This document shows, piece after piece, positions 36,379 through 45,687 of a DNA stretch of 64,000 nt. Source of the stretch: an uncultured delta proteobacterium (GTDB taxonomy: Bacteria > Myxococcota > UBA727 > VGSZ01); contig CAVZJB010000018.1 in the NCBI GenBank assembly GCA_963775425.1, positions 1 through 64,000 of the forward strand, read 5' to 3'. The first letter of the stretch is position 1, and each line of letters opens with the position of its first letter. Below the pieces are notes generated by a model that was given only the letters and a program-made list of their open reading frames with translations, ran no database searches and was not told where the DNA came from. Made by a program: the position numbers and the translations under genes.

Positions 36379-38184
36379 TCAACGGCGGCGGCGCCCGATG
36401 AGCCACAGGCCCGCCAACGCGAGCCCCAGGGAGAGCGGCGACGACGTCGACGAGGGGCCGCACTGGCAACCTCCGGCGTCGCCGCCGCCCTCGCCCTCGC
36501 CTTCGCCCTCGCCCTCGCCCTCGCTGCCGTCGTCGACGACGCAGGAGCCGAAGGGCGCGGCGCAGATGGCGGTGTCGCCGCGCGGCAGGCATTGGACGTC
36601 GCCGGCGCCGCAGGCGCGGCACGGGGTGCCGGCGGGGCACGCGCTCGGGTCGCAGGTGGGGTTGCCGGCGGGGACGCGGGCGATGCCGAGCGCGGCGCCG
36701 ACGCGGGTGGAGCACTTGAAGCCGGCGCCGCAGGAGAGCTGTTGGCCGAGCTCGCTGTCCTCGATGGCGCCGTTGCCGTTCTGGTCGAAATTCGGCGACG
36801 AACAAAACGCGAAGCAGACGCCGTCGTTGGAGTCCGTCGCGATGCTCACGCAGATGTCGCTGCCCGGCGCGCCGTCGGAGTCGTCGAACATCGACTGGTC
36901 GCAGTAGCGGCTGGCGTCGATGACGTTGCAGACGTTGGCCGGGTCGACGGTGTTGCCGTCGAGGGTGTGCTCGTCGGCGGCGGGGACGAGCGTGGCGCAG
37001 TGGCTCTCGGGCTTGTTGCAGAACGCGCCGGTGCCGCCGCCCACGAGGTTGAACACGGTGCAGACGAAGCCGCCGCCGGCGTCGCACGCGCCGGGGTCGC
37101 CGTCGCAGCGCACCTGGTTGCCCGCGCCGTCGATCTGGATCTCGGGGACACCCTGCACGGGCGCGGGCAGGCACTGCTCGCCGTTTTCACACTGCGGCGC
37201 GCCCGGGTCGCACGGCTCCTTGCAGCGCAGCGCGGTGACCTGTTGGTTCGTGATGTCCGCGATGGCGCAGGTGTCGCCCGCGGGGCAGGCGTCGTCGTCG
37301 CCGGCGGCCTCGCAGACGATGTCGCGCACGCCGGCGGGCGCGAGGCACGCGATGGCGGTGATGGTGAGGCTCGGCAGCGAGGTCTGCGTGAGGCACGCCG
37401 TGGCGTCGGGGCAGCTCACCGCCGGGTCTTCGTCGCGCTCGTCGCTGGTGATGGTGCCGTCGTCGTTGGCGTCGAGGACGCAGGGCACGCGGCAGAAGCC
37501 GATGTCGCCGTCGGCGCCCGGGGCCACGCAGACGAGGCCCGCGGCGCAGGTGCCCTGCCCGTTGAAGACGCCGATGTCGACGGCGCAGGCGTCGCCCTCG
37601 CCGGCCTCGCCTTCGCCCTCGCCTTCGCCTTCGCCTTCGCCTTCTCCTTCGCCTTCGCCTTCACCTTCGCCTTCGCCTTCGCCTTCGCCTTCTCCTTCTC
37701 CTTCTCCTTCGCCTTCGCCTTCGCCTTCACCTTCGCCTTCGCCTTCTCCTTCGCCTTCGCCTTCGCCTTCGCCTTCGCCTTCGCCGGCGCTCGCGGCGGC
37801 GACGTCGATGGCGAAGGTGACGGCGGTGGGGCCGTCGCCGGCGGTGTCGTCGGCGGAGAAGGTGGCGGTGAAGCTGCCGGCGTCCCCGGCGGCGGGGGTC
37901 CAGGTGAAGCTCTGGGTCACGGCGCCGGCGCCGGTGGCCGCCGGGAAGATCGTGTCGAGCGCGGGCGCCGACGCCGGGGTGGGATCGAGGCCCGTGAGCG
38001 TCACCGTGACGTCGGCGCCGTCGGCGTCGGTGGCCGTGACGTCGAAGGTGCACAGCGCGCCCTCGGTGCACGCGATGGGCGACGTCGTCGAAAAGTCGAC
38101 GGTGGGCGCGGTCTGCGCGCGCGCCGCCGTCGCGAGGGCGAGGAGGGCGGGGACGGCGAGGAGGGAGCGCGGGGAGAGCGTCAT
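36379..38184 (-). CDS. MYXO-CTERM surface protein: Ig/cadherin-like domain, (GE)30, Cys-rich region, (GE)5
   Basis: Signal peptide, VTATDADG...FTWTP, GE repeat at 37606-37785, C-terminal GGCQCG-hydrophobic-RRRR. Confidence 0.85.
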   Translation of the reverse strand: MTLSPRSLLAVPALLALATAARAQTAPTVDFSTTSPIACTEGALCTFDVTATDADGADVTVTLTGLDPTPASAPALDTIFPAATGAGAVTQSFTWTPAAGDAGSFTATFSADDTAGDGPTAVTFAIDVAAASAGEGEGEGEGEGEGEGEGEGEGEGEGEGEGEGEGEGEGEGEGEGEGEGEGEGEGEGEGEGEAGEGDACAVDIGVFNGQGTCAAGLVCVAPGADGDIGFCRVPCVLDANDDGTITSDERDEDPAVSCPDATACLTQTSLPSLTITAIACLAPAGVRDIVCEAAGDDDACPAGDTCAIADITNQQVTALRCKEPCDPGAPQCENGEQCLPAPVQGVPEIQIDGAGNQVRCDGDPGACDAGGGFVCTVFNLVGGGTGAFCNKPESHCATLVPAADEHTLDGNTVDPANVCNVIDASRYCDQSMFDDSDGAPGSDICVSIATDSNDGVCFAFCSSPNFDQNGNGAIEDSELGQQLSCGAGFKCSTRVGAALGIARVPAGNPTCDPSACPAGTPCRACGAGDVQCLPRGDTAICAAPFGSCVVDDGSEGEGEGEGEGEGGGDAGGCQCGPSSTSSPLSLGLALAGLWLIGRRRR

Positions 38185-38275
38185 GGTGGGCTCCTTTGTA
38201 CCCCGCGCGGGGCTTCCTGCCACGGACCGGGCGCTCGAGGGCGAGCCCCCTGCTGGGTGCACGACGCTTCGCGCG

Positions 38276-39628
38276 TCACTCGAGCCGGTACAAGTCCACC
38301 GGCGCCCGGCGGCCGCGCACCGGCAAAGATCCCGCCGGCTTCACGTCCTTCACCGGCGCGGTCTTCTCCGCCGCCTCCAGCAGCTCGCGAGAGAACAAGA
38401 GCGGCACGCCCTGCTCCTTGGTCATGCTCTCGAGCCGGCTGGCCACGTTCACGACGTCACCGACGATGGTGTACTGCGCGTGGTCCCGCGTCCCGACGTT
38501 CCCCGCCACCACCGCGCCGTAGTGCACGCCGACGCCGTGGGCGAGCGGCGGCAGGCCGCGCGTCGCCCGCGCCTGGTTGTGGCGTGCCAACGCCCGCTGC
38601 ATCCCGCGCGCGGCCTCGAGCGCGCGCCACGCGTCGTCGGCCTTGCCCGCCGGCGCGCCGAACACGGCCATGATGCCGTCGCCGAGGTACTTGTCGACGA
38701 CGCCGCCCTCGTCGTCGATCACCCGCACCATGTCCTCGAGGTACGCGTTCAATTGGATCACGAGCTCCTCCGGCGGCAGCGACTCCGCCGTCGTCGTGAA
38801 CCCGCGCAGGTCCGAGAACAACACCGCCACCGGCTGGCGCTGCCCGCCGAGCACGATGTCGTCGCCGGCCAGCGCCTCCGCCGCGACCTCCTTGCCGAGG
38901 TACGCCCCGAGCCTCTCCCGCGCCCGCGCCGCGTCGATGGCCCGGCGCGCGCCGCGCAACGCCAGCGCGCGGGCGCGGTCGGCGTAGGCGACGCCGATGA
39001 GCGTCGCGGACACCAACAGCCCCACCTCGAAGGTCACGGCGTTGCTGCCGTACGCGAGCCGGTCGGCCCACCACAGCCGGTCGAGCAGCAGGAGCACGGC
39101 GAGCCCCGCGGCGTTCAGCGCCGCCGACAGCCACACGAAGCTGCGGTCGAGACGCAGGCCGCTCGCGGCCACCAGCACGCCGATGAAGTGGATGTAGGGC
39201 TGCGAGAGCACGCCGCGGTAGTCGGCGCCGGCCCAGATCTCCATCGTCAGGATGATCGCGAAGAACGCCACGGCGTCGACGACGGTGCCGGCGATGCGGG
39301 CGAGCAGCGTGTTTCGCCGCGTGGGCTCGAAGCGCGGGATGATCACCGCGGCCACCGTGGACCACGCCGCGGTCAGCGCCAGCAGCGCCATCACCACCGC
39401 CGCCTGCGTCTTCTGCGTCGACGTGCCGCCGGCGACGAGCTCGCGCAGCAGGAACAGGCCGCACACGATCGCGCGCACCACCGCGAAGCTCCGGCCGCCC
39501 TCGGCGGCGGCGCGCAGCGTGACGTCGTCGAGGATGGCGATGGCGCGCTCGGCGGCGGAGCCGGTGGAGGCGCGCGCGCGCCAACGCGCGTCGGTGCTCT
39601 CGGGTGCGGGCCGTTTCTGCGGGGACAT
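38276..39628 (-). CDS. Membrane-bound class III adenylate cyclase
   Basis: TM helices, VLFSDLRGF, DKYLGDGIMA, YTIVGDVVNVASRLE. Confidence 0.92.
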   Translation of the reverse strand: MSPQKRPAPESTDARWRARASTGSAAERAIAILDDVTLRAAAEGGRSFAVVRAIVCGLFLLRELVAGGTSTQKTQAAVVMALLALTAAWSTVAAVIIPRFEPTRRNTLLARIAGTVVDAVAFFAIILTMEIWAGADYRGVLSQPYIHFIGVLVAASGLRLDRSFVWLSAALNAAGLAVLLLLDRLWWADRLAYGSNAVTFEVGLLVSATLIGVAYADRARALALRGARRAIDAARARERLGAYLGKEVAAEALAGDDIVLGGQRQPVAVLFSDLRGFTTTAESLPPEELVIQLNAYLEDMVRVIDDEGGVVDKYLGDGIMAVFGAPAGKADDAWRALEAARGMQRALARHNQARATRGLPPLAHGVGVHYGAVVAGNVGTRDHAQYTIVGDVVNVASRLESMTKEQGVPLLFSRELLEAAEKTAPVKDVKPAGSLPVRGRRAPVDLYRLE

Positions 39629-39630
39629 GA

Positions 39631-40203
39631 TCAGTGGATGGCCGGCCGCAACGGCAGCCGCGCGAGCACGTCGGCCTCGAGGGACGCGAAGAACGCCAGG
39701 CGCTCGTCGACGGGCGCGGTGCGCGCGGCCAGGTCGACGAAGAGGGCGTGGTGGTTGGCCTCCTCGCGCCACAGATCGTCGTACAGCGCGGCGAGCGCGC
39801 CGTCGCCGCGGGCGGCGAAGCCGTCGCGCAGGAGCTTGAGGCGCTCGCAGGACCGGGCCTCGATGAAGGCGCACACAAGCAAGCGATCCACGCGCTGCCC
39901 CTCCACGCCCGGGCGCGTGGCGCCGAGGAGCGCGTGGACGTAGGCGTCGCGCTCGGGGTGGCCGAGGGAGAAGCCGCGGGCGAGGCAGACCTCGACCATC
40001 CGCGCAAAGTGCGCGGACTCGTCGCGGGCGAGCGCCGAGAGGGCGCGCACGAGGACGGGGTCGTCGGGGTACTTGGAGACGAAGGAGAGCGCCGTGACCG
40101 CGGCCTTGTGCTCGCAGTGGGCGTGATCGACCAGCAGGCGGCCGACGTCGGCGAGGGCGACGTCGACGTAGCGCGGATCGGTCTCTGAGGCGAGTCGCAG
40201 CAT
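39631..40203 (-). CDS. miaE: tRNA-(ms2io6A) hydroxylase
   Basis: LVDHAHCEHKAA, LARDE..HF, IEARSCER, EANHH. Confidence 0.9.
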   Translation of the reverse strand: MLRLASETDPRYVDVALADVGRLLVDHAHCEHKAAVTALSFVSKYPDDPVLVRALSALARDESAHFARMVEVCLARGFSLGHPERDAYVHALLGATRPGVEGQRVDRLLVCAFIEARSCERLKLLRDGFAARGDGALAALYDDLWREEANHHALFVDLAARTAPVDERLAFFASLEADVLARLPLRPAIH

Positions 40204-40306
40204 GTGAGATGCGTCGCCATCGTACACGGTCTGTCGGCCAATCGAGCCTCGCCGGTGCCCGGGAAATCGGCGGCGCCGGGGGGCGGGTGCTAGGCTCGCG
40301 GTGGCG

Positions 40307-42397
40307 ATGTCGCGCGTGGCCACTGCCGAGGAGGATGATCCGGAGGCGTTCCCACGCGCCTTCGGCCAGTACCTGCTCCTCGAAAATTTCGCGCGCGGCG
40401 GCATGGGCGAGGTCTACCTCGCCAAGATCGGCGGCATCGCCGGGCTCGAGCGCACCTGCGTGTTGAAGAAGCTGCGCGCCGAGCTCACGCGCGACCGCGA
40501 GTACGTCACCCGCTTCATCGACGAGGCGCGCGTCGTCGTCACGCTCAACCACGCGAACATCTGCCACGTCTTCGACGTCGGCCGCGTCGGCGAGGAGTAC
40601 TACCTCGCCATGGAGTACGTCTCCGGCCGCGACGTGCGCACGCTGCAGGACCGCTGCCGCACGCGCGAGATCACGGTGCACCCCGCGTGCGCGCTGCACC
40701 TCGTGTGCGAGACGCTCGAGGCGCTCGACTACGCGCACCGCAGGAACCACCCGCTCACGGGCGAGCCGCTCAACCTCGTGCACCGGGACGTCTCGCCGCA
40801 AAACGTCCTCGTCAGCTACGAGGGCGAGGTCAAGCTCATCGACTTCGGCCTCGCCGCGTCCAAGCTCAAGGTCGAGCGCACGCAGCCGAACGTCGTCATG
40901 GGCAAGATGGCGTACATGGCGCCGGAGCAGGCGCGCGGCAATCCCATCGACTCCCGCGCCGACCTCTTCGCCTGCGGCGTCCTCGCCTACGAGCTGTTGA
41001 GCGGCGAGCGCTTCTACGAGGGCATGAGCGCCAACGACATCTGGCAGGTCGCCGGCAAGGGCGGCTTCATGCCGCGCCGCTGGGACACGCTCGACCGGGA
41101 GCTCGCCAAGCACATCGGGCGCGCGCTCCACCCCGACCCGCGCAAGCGCTTCGCCACCTGCGGCGACTTCCGCGAGGCGCTCGCGTCGCACCTGCACTGG
41201 CGCTTCCCGGGCACCGGCGTGCGCGGCCTGCGCGAGCTCATGGCCCAGGTCTTCGCCGACGAGCTGCGGCGCGAGCGCGAGATGCTCGCCCGCTTCGGCA
41301 AGGTCACCGTCGCCGGGTTTCGCACCGAGTTCGAGCAGACGCAGAGCCAGAGCGTGTCCCTGGCCCGCGCCGACGACGAGCCGAGCAGGCGCGCGCAGCT
41401 CGTGCGCAACGAGCAGTCGTCGTCGTCGCCGGTGGGGCCGATGCCGCCGCCGTCCAGCGCGCGCGACGTGCACCAGGATCCGACCCGCCTGATGGCCTCG
41501 GGGCCCGCGCGCCAGGCCGTCCGGCGCCACGAGGGGCCGGACCGCACCGAGGCCAAGCCCAAGGCCAAGGACACCACCGACGAGGAGAGCGCGCCGCGCG
41601 TGGTGAAGCCCGAGCCCGAGGCCACGATGCGCGTCAAGCGCGTTCGGCGCCGGGCCGTCGACGACGACACCTCCCTCGCGCTCGACGAGGACCTCGTCGG
41701 CGCGGGCCTCGCGCGCAGCCGCGCCAGCAGCCGCGTCGCCGTCCTCCTCGCGGGGGCCGCCGCCGTCGCTCTCGCCGTCGGCCTCACCTTCGCCCTCAGC
41801 CGCGACGACGACGAGACCTCGACCTCCGCCCCGCCCACCGCCTCCGCCCCGCCCACCGCCTCCGCCGCGCCCACCGCCGCGGGGGACCCACCGCCGGCGG
41901 CACCCGCGCGCACAAGCGACAGCCCCGCCGCCGACGCCGACGCCGACGCCGCCCCCGCCGCCGGTGCCGGTGACGGTGCTGCTGACGGTGCTGACGGTGA
42001 CGCCGCCGACGCCGCCGACGCCGCCCCCGCGGCCGGCGTCCACGACGCCACCGCCTCCGCGGCCGGCGCGCACGACGCCGCCGACGCGGAGCCCCCGGCG
42101 CAAGGCGACGACCGGGCGCTGCCCCTCGAGCCGGTCCCGCACCCCCCGAAGGCCCCGGCGCACAAGGGCCGGCGCCACGGCACGGGCGCGCCGAAGGACA
42201 CCCCGCCGGCCGACGAGGTGAAGCCGCCCAAGGCGACGCCGCCGAAGCCGCCGGTGAAGAGCCGCAGCGAGCGGGTGCGCGCCGCCCAGTCCTGCTCGAC
42301 CTGCGTGATCCGCCTCCAGGAGGACCCGCAGAGCCACCTCGCCGACTACGAGGAGTGCATGGCCACCGTGCCCTCCTGCAAGGCGCTGCTGGATTGA
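40307..42397 (+). CDS. Membrane-associated Hanks-type Ser/Thr protein kinase
   Basis: GGMGEVYLA, HRDVSPQN, DFG, YMAPEQ; TM helix and low-complexity C-terminus. Confidence 0.93.
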   Translation: MSRVATAEEDDPEAFPRAFGQYLLLENFARGGMGEVYLAKIGGIAGLERTCVLKKLRAELTRDREYVTRFIDEARVVVTLNHANICHVFDVGRVGEEYYLAMEYVSGRDVRTLQDRCRTREITVHPACALHLVCETLEALDYAHRRNHPLTGEPLNLVHRDVSPQNVLVSYEGEVKLIDFGLAASKLKVERTQPNVVMGKMAYMAPEQARGNPIDSRADLFACGVLAYELLSGERFYEGMSANDIWQVAGKGGFMPRRWDTLDRELAKHIGRALHPDPRKRFATCGDFREALASHLHWRFPGTGVRGLRELMAQVFADELRREREMLARFGKVTVAGFRTEFEQTQSQSVSLARADDEPSRRAQLVRNEQSSSSPVGPMPPPSSARDVHQDPTRLMASGPARQAVRRHEGPDRTEAKPKAKDTTDEESAPRVVKPEPEATMRVKRVRRRAVDDDTSLALDEDLVGAGLARSRASSRVAVLLAGAAAVALAVGLTFALSRDDDETSTSAPPTASAPPTASAAPTAAGDPPPAAPARTSDSPAADADADAAPAAGAGDGAADGADGDAADAADAAPAAGVHDATASAAGAHDAADAEPPAQGDDRALPLEPVPHPPKAPAHKGRRHGTGAPKDTPPADEVKPPKATPPKPPVKSRSERVRAAQSCSTCVIRLQEDPQSHLADYEECMATVPSCKALLD

Positions 42398-42437
42398 GCG
42401 GCGGCGCCCGGCGCGGCGAGGCCGCGCCTGCCGGGCA

Positions 42438-43139
42438 CTACAGGGCGTCGACGAGAAGCGCCACGCAGCCGAGCACGACGAGGCCGCCGCCCACGCCGAT
42501 GCCGATGGCCGACGCGTCGCCGGCGCTCAGCGGGTCGTGCGCGCCGCTCAACGCCGCGTAGGCGGCGGTGGTGGCGACGATGGCGGCGCCGCCGCCGCCG
42601 AGGAGGCCGGCGCCGACCCAGGTGAGCGTGCCGGCCGGTCGCGCCTTGGGCGCCTCGGGCGCCGGCGCGGGCGCGGGCTTGCGCGGCGGCGGTCCGGGGA
42701 CGGCGACGAGGCGCGTGGCGAGCGCGCGCACCTGCTCCACCGATGTGCCGGCGATGCCGTGCTGGACGACGCTGTCCTCGAACAGCGGCGCGGCGGTCTT
42801 CACGTCGAACAGCTGCACGGCCAGGATGTGATCGCGGATGCCGAGGGGGGCCACGCCGACGACCAGCAGGTGCGTCGCGCCGTGGCTCTCGGCGCGCTTG
42901 CGCAGGCAGGCGGCGTCGCCGGCGTTGCACAGCGCGAGCTCGTCGCCGCCGGAGGTGGCGGGCAGGAGGTCCCACGCGTCGCGGGCGGCGCGCACGAGCG
43001 CGGCGGCGAGATCGCGCTGCACGCCGTCGTTGTCGGAGATGGCGAGCGACACCGCCACCTGCGCGTGCGCCGCCGGCGCGGCGAGCACGGCGACGGCCAG
43101 CGCGGCGACGCCGCGGGCCAGGCGCCGCCCGTCGCTCAC
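42438..43139 (-). CDS. Hypothetical exported/membrane protein
   Basis: Signal peptide, C...D..C motif, Pro linker, two C-terminal hydrophobic segments. Confidence 0.65.
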   Translation of the reverse strand: MSDGRRLARGVAALAVAVLAAPAAHAQVAVSLAISDNDGVQRDLAAALVRAARDAWDLLPATSGGDELALCNAGDAACLRKRAESHGATHLLVVGVAPLGIRDHILAVQLFDVKTAAPLFEDSVVQHGIAGTSVEQVRALATRLVAVPGPPPRKPAPAPAPEAPKARPAGTLTWVGAGLLGGGGAAIVATTAAYAALSGAHDPLSAGDASAIGIGVGGGLVVLGCVALLVDAL

Positions 43140-44224
43140 GCAGGCATCTTCGCGGTGAACAGCGCGAAGGCCGCGCCGGTGGGGTCCTCGAGCACCGCGA
43201 AGCGCCCCACGTTCGGGATGTCCATCGGCGAGGTGCGCGCCTGCGCGCCGAGGTGGCGCGCGCGCTCGAACGACTTGTCGACGTTGGCGACCGCGAAGTA
43301 CGACACCCACCCGGGCGGCACGCCGTCAGGGGCCTTCACGCAGCCGCCGCGCTGCTCTTCGCCCTCGGTGAAGGTGGTGTACGTGCCCATCGCGCCCATG
43401 TCCTGCTTCTGCATGCCCCAGCCGAAGACGTCGGCGAAGAAGCGCGCGGAGCCCTCGGGGTCGTCGCTCCACACCTCGTTCCACGCCACCTGGCCGGCCT
43501 GCGGCATCGCCCCGTTGCGCGCGCCCATGGCGCCCGCGGACAGCTCGATGGGGGAGATGTGCGCGCCGCGCGGGTCGGCGATGACGGCGAAGCGGCCGAT
43601 GTTGTCGAGCGGCGTCGGCGGCACGGGGGCGAAGCCGCCGAGCTCCTTGGCGCGACGGACGACCGCATCGAGGTCACCGACCTGCACGTAGGGCATCCAG
43701 TGCGACGGGATGCCCTCGGACGACGGCAGCGACACCAGCCCGCCGACCTCGGCGCCGCCGGCCTCGATGCGCTGGGTGACGCCGAGGGGCGCGAGCTCCA
43801 CCGGGTGCGTCTTCCAGGGGAGGAGCGCCGCGTAGAACGATCGGGCCTTGTCCACGTCGGTGGTCATGAGGTCGTGCCAGACGACCAGGCCGGCCCTCTT
43901 GGCCGGCTTGGGCGGCGTGGACGCGGCCTTGGGCGCGGCGGGCCTCGGCGGCGTCGACGGCGCGGCGGCCTTCGGCGGCGTCGACGGCGCGGCGGCCTTC
44001 ACAGGGGTCTTGGCGGGAGGGGCCTTGGCGGGAGCGGCCTTCGCCGGCTTCTTGGCCGGCGCCGCCTTCTTGGCCGGCTTCGCCGCCACGGCCTTCTTCT
44101 TCGCCTTCGCCGGCGCGGGCTTCTTGCTCGCCTTCTTGGCGGCCTTCTTCGCAGGCTTCTTCGACGACGACGACGCCTTCTTCGCAGGCTTGCTCTTCGG
44201 CGCCTTCTTCTTCTTCGCTGCCAT
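43136..44224 (-). CDS. Tandem VOC-domain protein with long histone-like Lys/Ala N-terminus
   Basis: MAAKKKKAPK...; VWHDLMTTD..ARSFY, WMPYVQV, GRFAVLEDPTGA. Confidence 0.88.
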   Translation of the reverse strand: MAAKKKKAPKSKPAKKASSSSKKPAKKAAKKASKKPAPAKAKKKAVAAKPAKKAAPAKKPAKAAPAKAPPAKTPVKAAAPSTPPKAAAPSTPPRPAAPKAASTPPKPAKRAGLVVWHDLMTTDVDKARSFYAALLPWKTHPVELAPLGVTQRIEAGGAEVGGLVSLPSSEGIPSHWMPYVQVGDLDAVVRRAKELGGFAPVPPTPLDNIGRFAVIADPRGAHISPIELSAGAMGARNGAMPQAGQVAWNEVWSDDPEGSARFFADVFGWGMQKQDMGAMGTYTTFTEGEEQRGGCVKAPDGVPPGWVSYFAVANVDKSFERARHLGAQARTSPMDIPNVGRFAVLEDPTGAAFALFTAKMPA

Positions 44225-44299
44225 ATGCTTGGACCCCTTCGCTGCGAGGCGGAACGACGGATAAAAGCGCGATCCGCGCGCAACAATCAAGCGCTGTCT

Positions 44300-45679
44300 T
44301 CAACCCGTCCAGGGCAGAGAGTCACCCAGCTTGAGCTTCAAGCGATCATGGATCCAATGTGCGTCCCACCACTCGGCGGGATGAACCGGCAGCCCGTCGA
44401 CGAGCACCGTGAAGTGGAGGTGATCGCCGCCGGCGAGGCCTGTCGCCCCGGTCCGGCCGATCTCCTGCCCCGCCTTCACCGCCTCGCCGGGCTTGACCTC
44501 GATCTGGGACAGGTGCGCGTACAGCGTCATCAGGCCGTAGCCGTGGTCGATGACGACGCAGTTGCCGAAGATGCCGAAGTAGCGCGCCTGGGCCACCACC
44601 CCTGAGTTGGACGCGGGCACCGGCGTGTGCTCCACGCTCGCGAGATCGAAGCCGAGGTGGTCCTCGGTGTCGACGTCCTTGCCCTCGTACACGTACGTGC
44701 GGCGGTCGGCGAAGCTGCCCTTGACCGCGCCGTTGGGGAACGGCTGGAACGTCGTCGACCACAGGAACTTCTCCTGGCTCTTCTTCGACAGCTCGAGGAG
44801 CTCCTGCATGTTCTTTTTCCGGAGCCCGTTGTTGAGCGTGAGGTAGTCGTCGATGAGGACGTCCTTCTTCTGCAATTCCGGCGTGCGCGCGAAGATCTCG
44901 CCCGTGACCTTCTTCAAGAACGGGTCGTGGAGCTGGATGGTGTCCTTGCCCATCGAGCGCATCGTGTAGTTCTGGATGAAGGGCTGCTCGGCGCGGTTGC
45001 CGATGTCGTCCTCCGCGATCAACAGCACCTTCTCCTTGATCTGCGCCTCGTCGACGCCGTCCCACTCGTAGGGGATGGCGAACAGCGCGAAGTGCTGCGT
45101 GGGCCCGGTGCCGCCGGGGAGCACGTGGCCGGGGAAGAACCAGTCGCCCGCCTGCACGCCGTCCTTCACCGCCGTCTGGCTCACCTCGTAGACCACCACC
45201 TCGGCGCCGCCCTGCGTCGGGTGGATGAACTGCGACGTGGCCGCCAGCGACGGCGGCGTGAAGCGCACGTCGTAGGGCTTCTCGACGACGACGGGCGCGG
45301 GCTTTCGGAGCTTGGTGCCCTTCGCCTGCACGGTGACCGTGACGAGCGCCTTGCCCGGCTTGAGGTCCTTCATCGCCTCCTTGCCCACGACGAAGGTGGC
45401 GCCGTTGGGCCCGCTCGCGTCGCCGGCGAGCTCGACGGGGACGCCGTTTACGGCGGCGGTGACGCTCTCGATGCCCTTCACCGGCTCGGTGGCCTTGACG
45501 GTGAACGTGGTCTTCTTGCCGATGGCGGGCAGATCGCTCGTGACGTCGACGGACGCGGGCGGCGGCAGGTGGATCTGGCGGTAGAGCATGAAGCCACCCA
45601 CCGCGATGCCCACCACCACCACGAGGGTGAAGAGCTTCTTGAACGGGCCGGACGAGCGCTTCTGACTGATGAGGGCCAT
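44300..45679 (-). CDS. M23 family metallopeptidase
   Basis: N-terminal TM, HLGFD, TLYAHLS, TGLAGGDHLHF. Confidence 0.92.
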   Translation of the reverse strand: MALISQKRSSGPFKKLFTLVVVVGIAVGGFMLYRQIHLPPPASVDVTSDLPAIGKKTTFTVKATEPVKGIESVTAAVNGVPVELAGDASGPNGATFVVGKEAMKDLKPGKALVTVTVQAKGTKLRKPAPVVVEKPYDVRFTPPSLAATSQFIHPTQGGAEVVVYEVSQTAVKDGVQAGDWFFPGHVLPGGTGPTQHFALFAIPYEWDGVDEAQIKEKVLLIAEDDIGNRAEQPFIQNYTMRSMGKDTIQLHDPFLKKVTGEIFARTPELQKKDVLIDDYLTLNNGLRKKNMQELLELSKKSQEKFLWSTTFQPFPNGAVKGSFADRRTYVYEGKDVDTEDHLGFDLASVEHTPVPASNSGVVAQARYFGIFGNCVVIDHGYGLMTLYAHLSQIEVKPGEAVKAGQEIGRTGATGLAGGDHLHFTVLVDGLPVHPAEWWDAHWIHDRLKLKLGDSLPWTG

Positions 45680-45687
45680 GTTCTCTC

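Noticed and set aside
41820-42230. Possible frameshift in the kinase C-terminus (alternative Pro/Thr-rich frame 41964-42221)
   Set aside because: The main frame stays open to a sensible end; low-complexity GC-rich DNA reads plausibly in several frames, so there is no real evidence.
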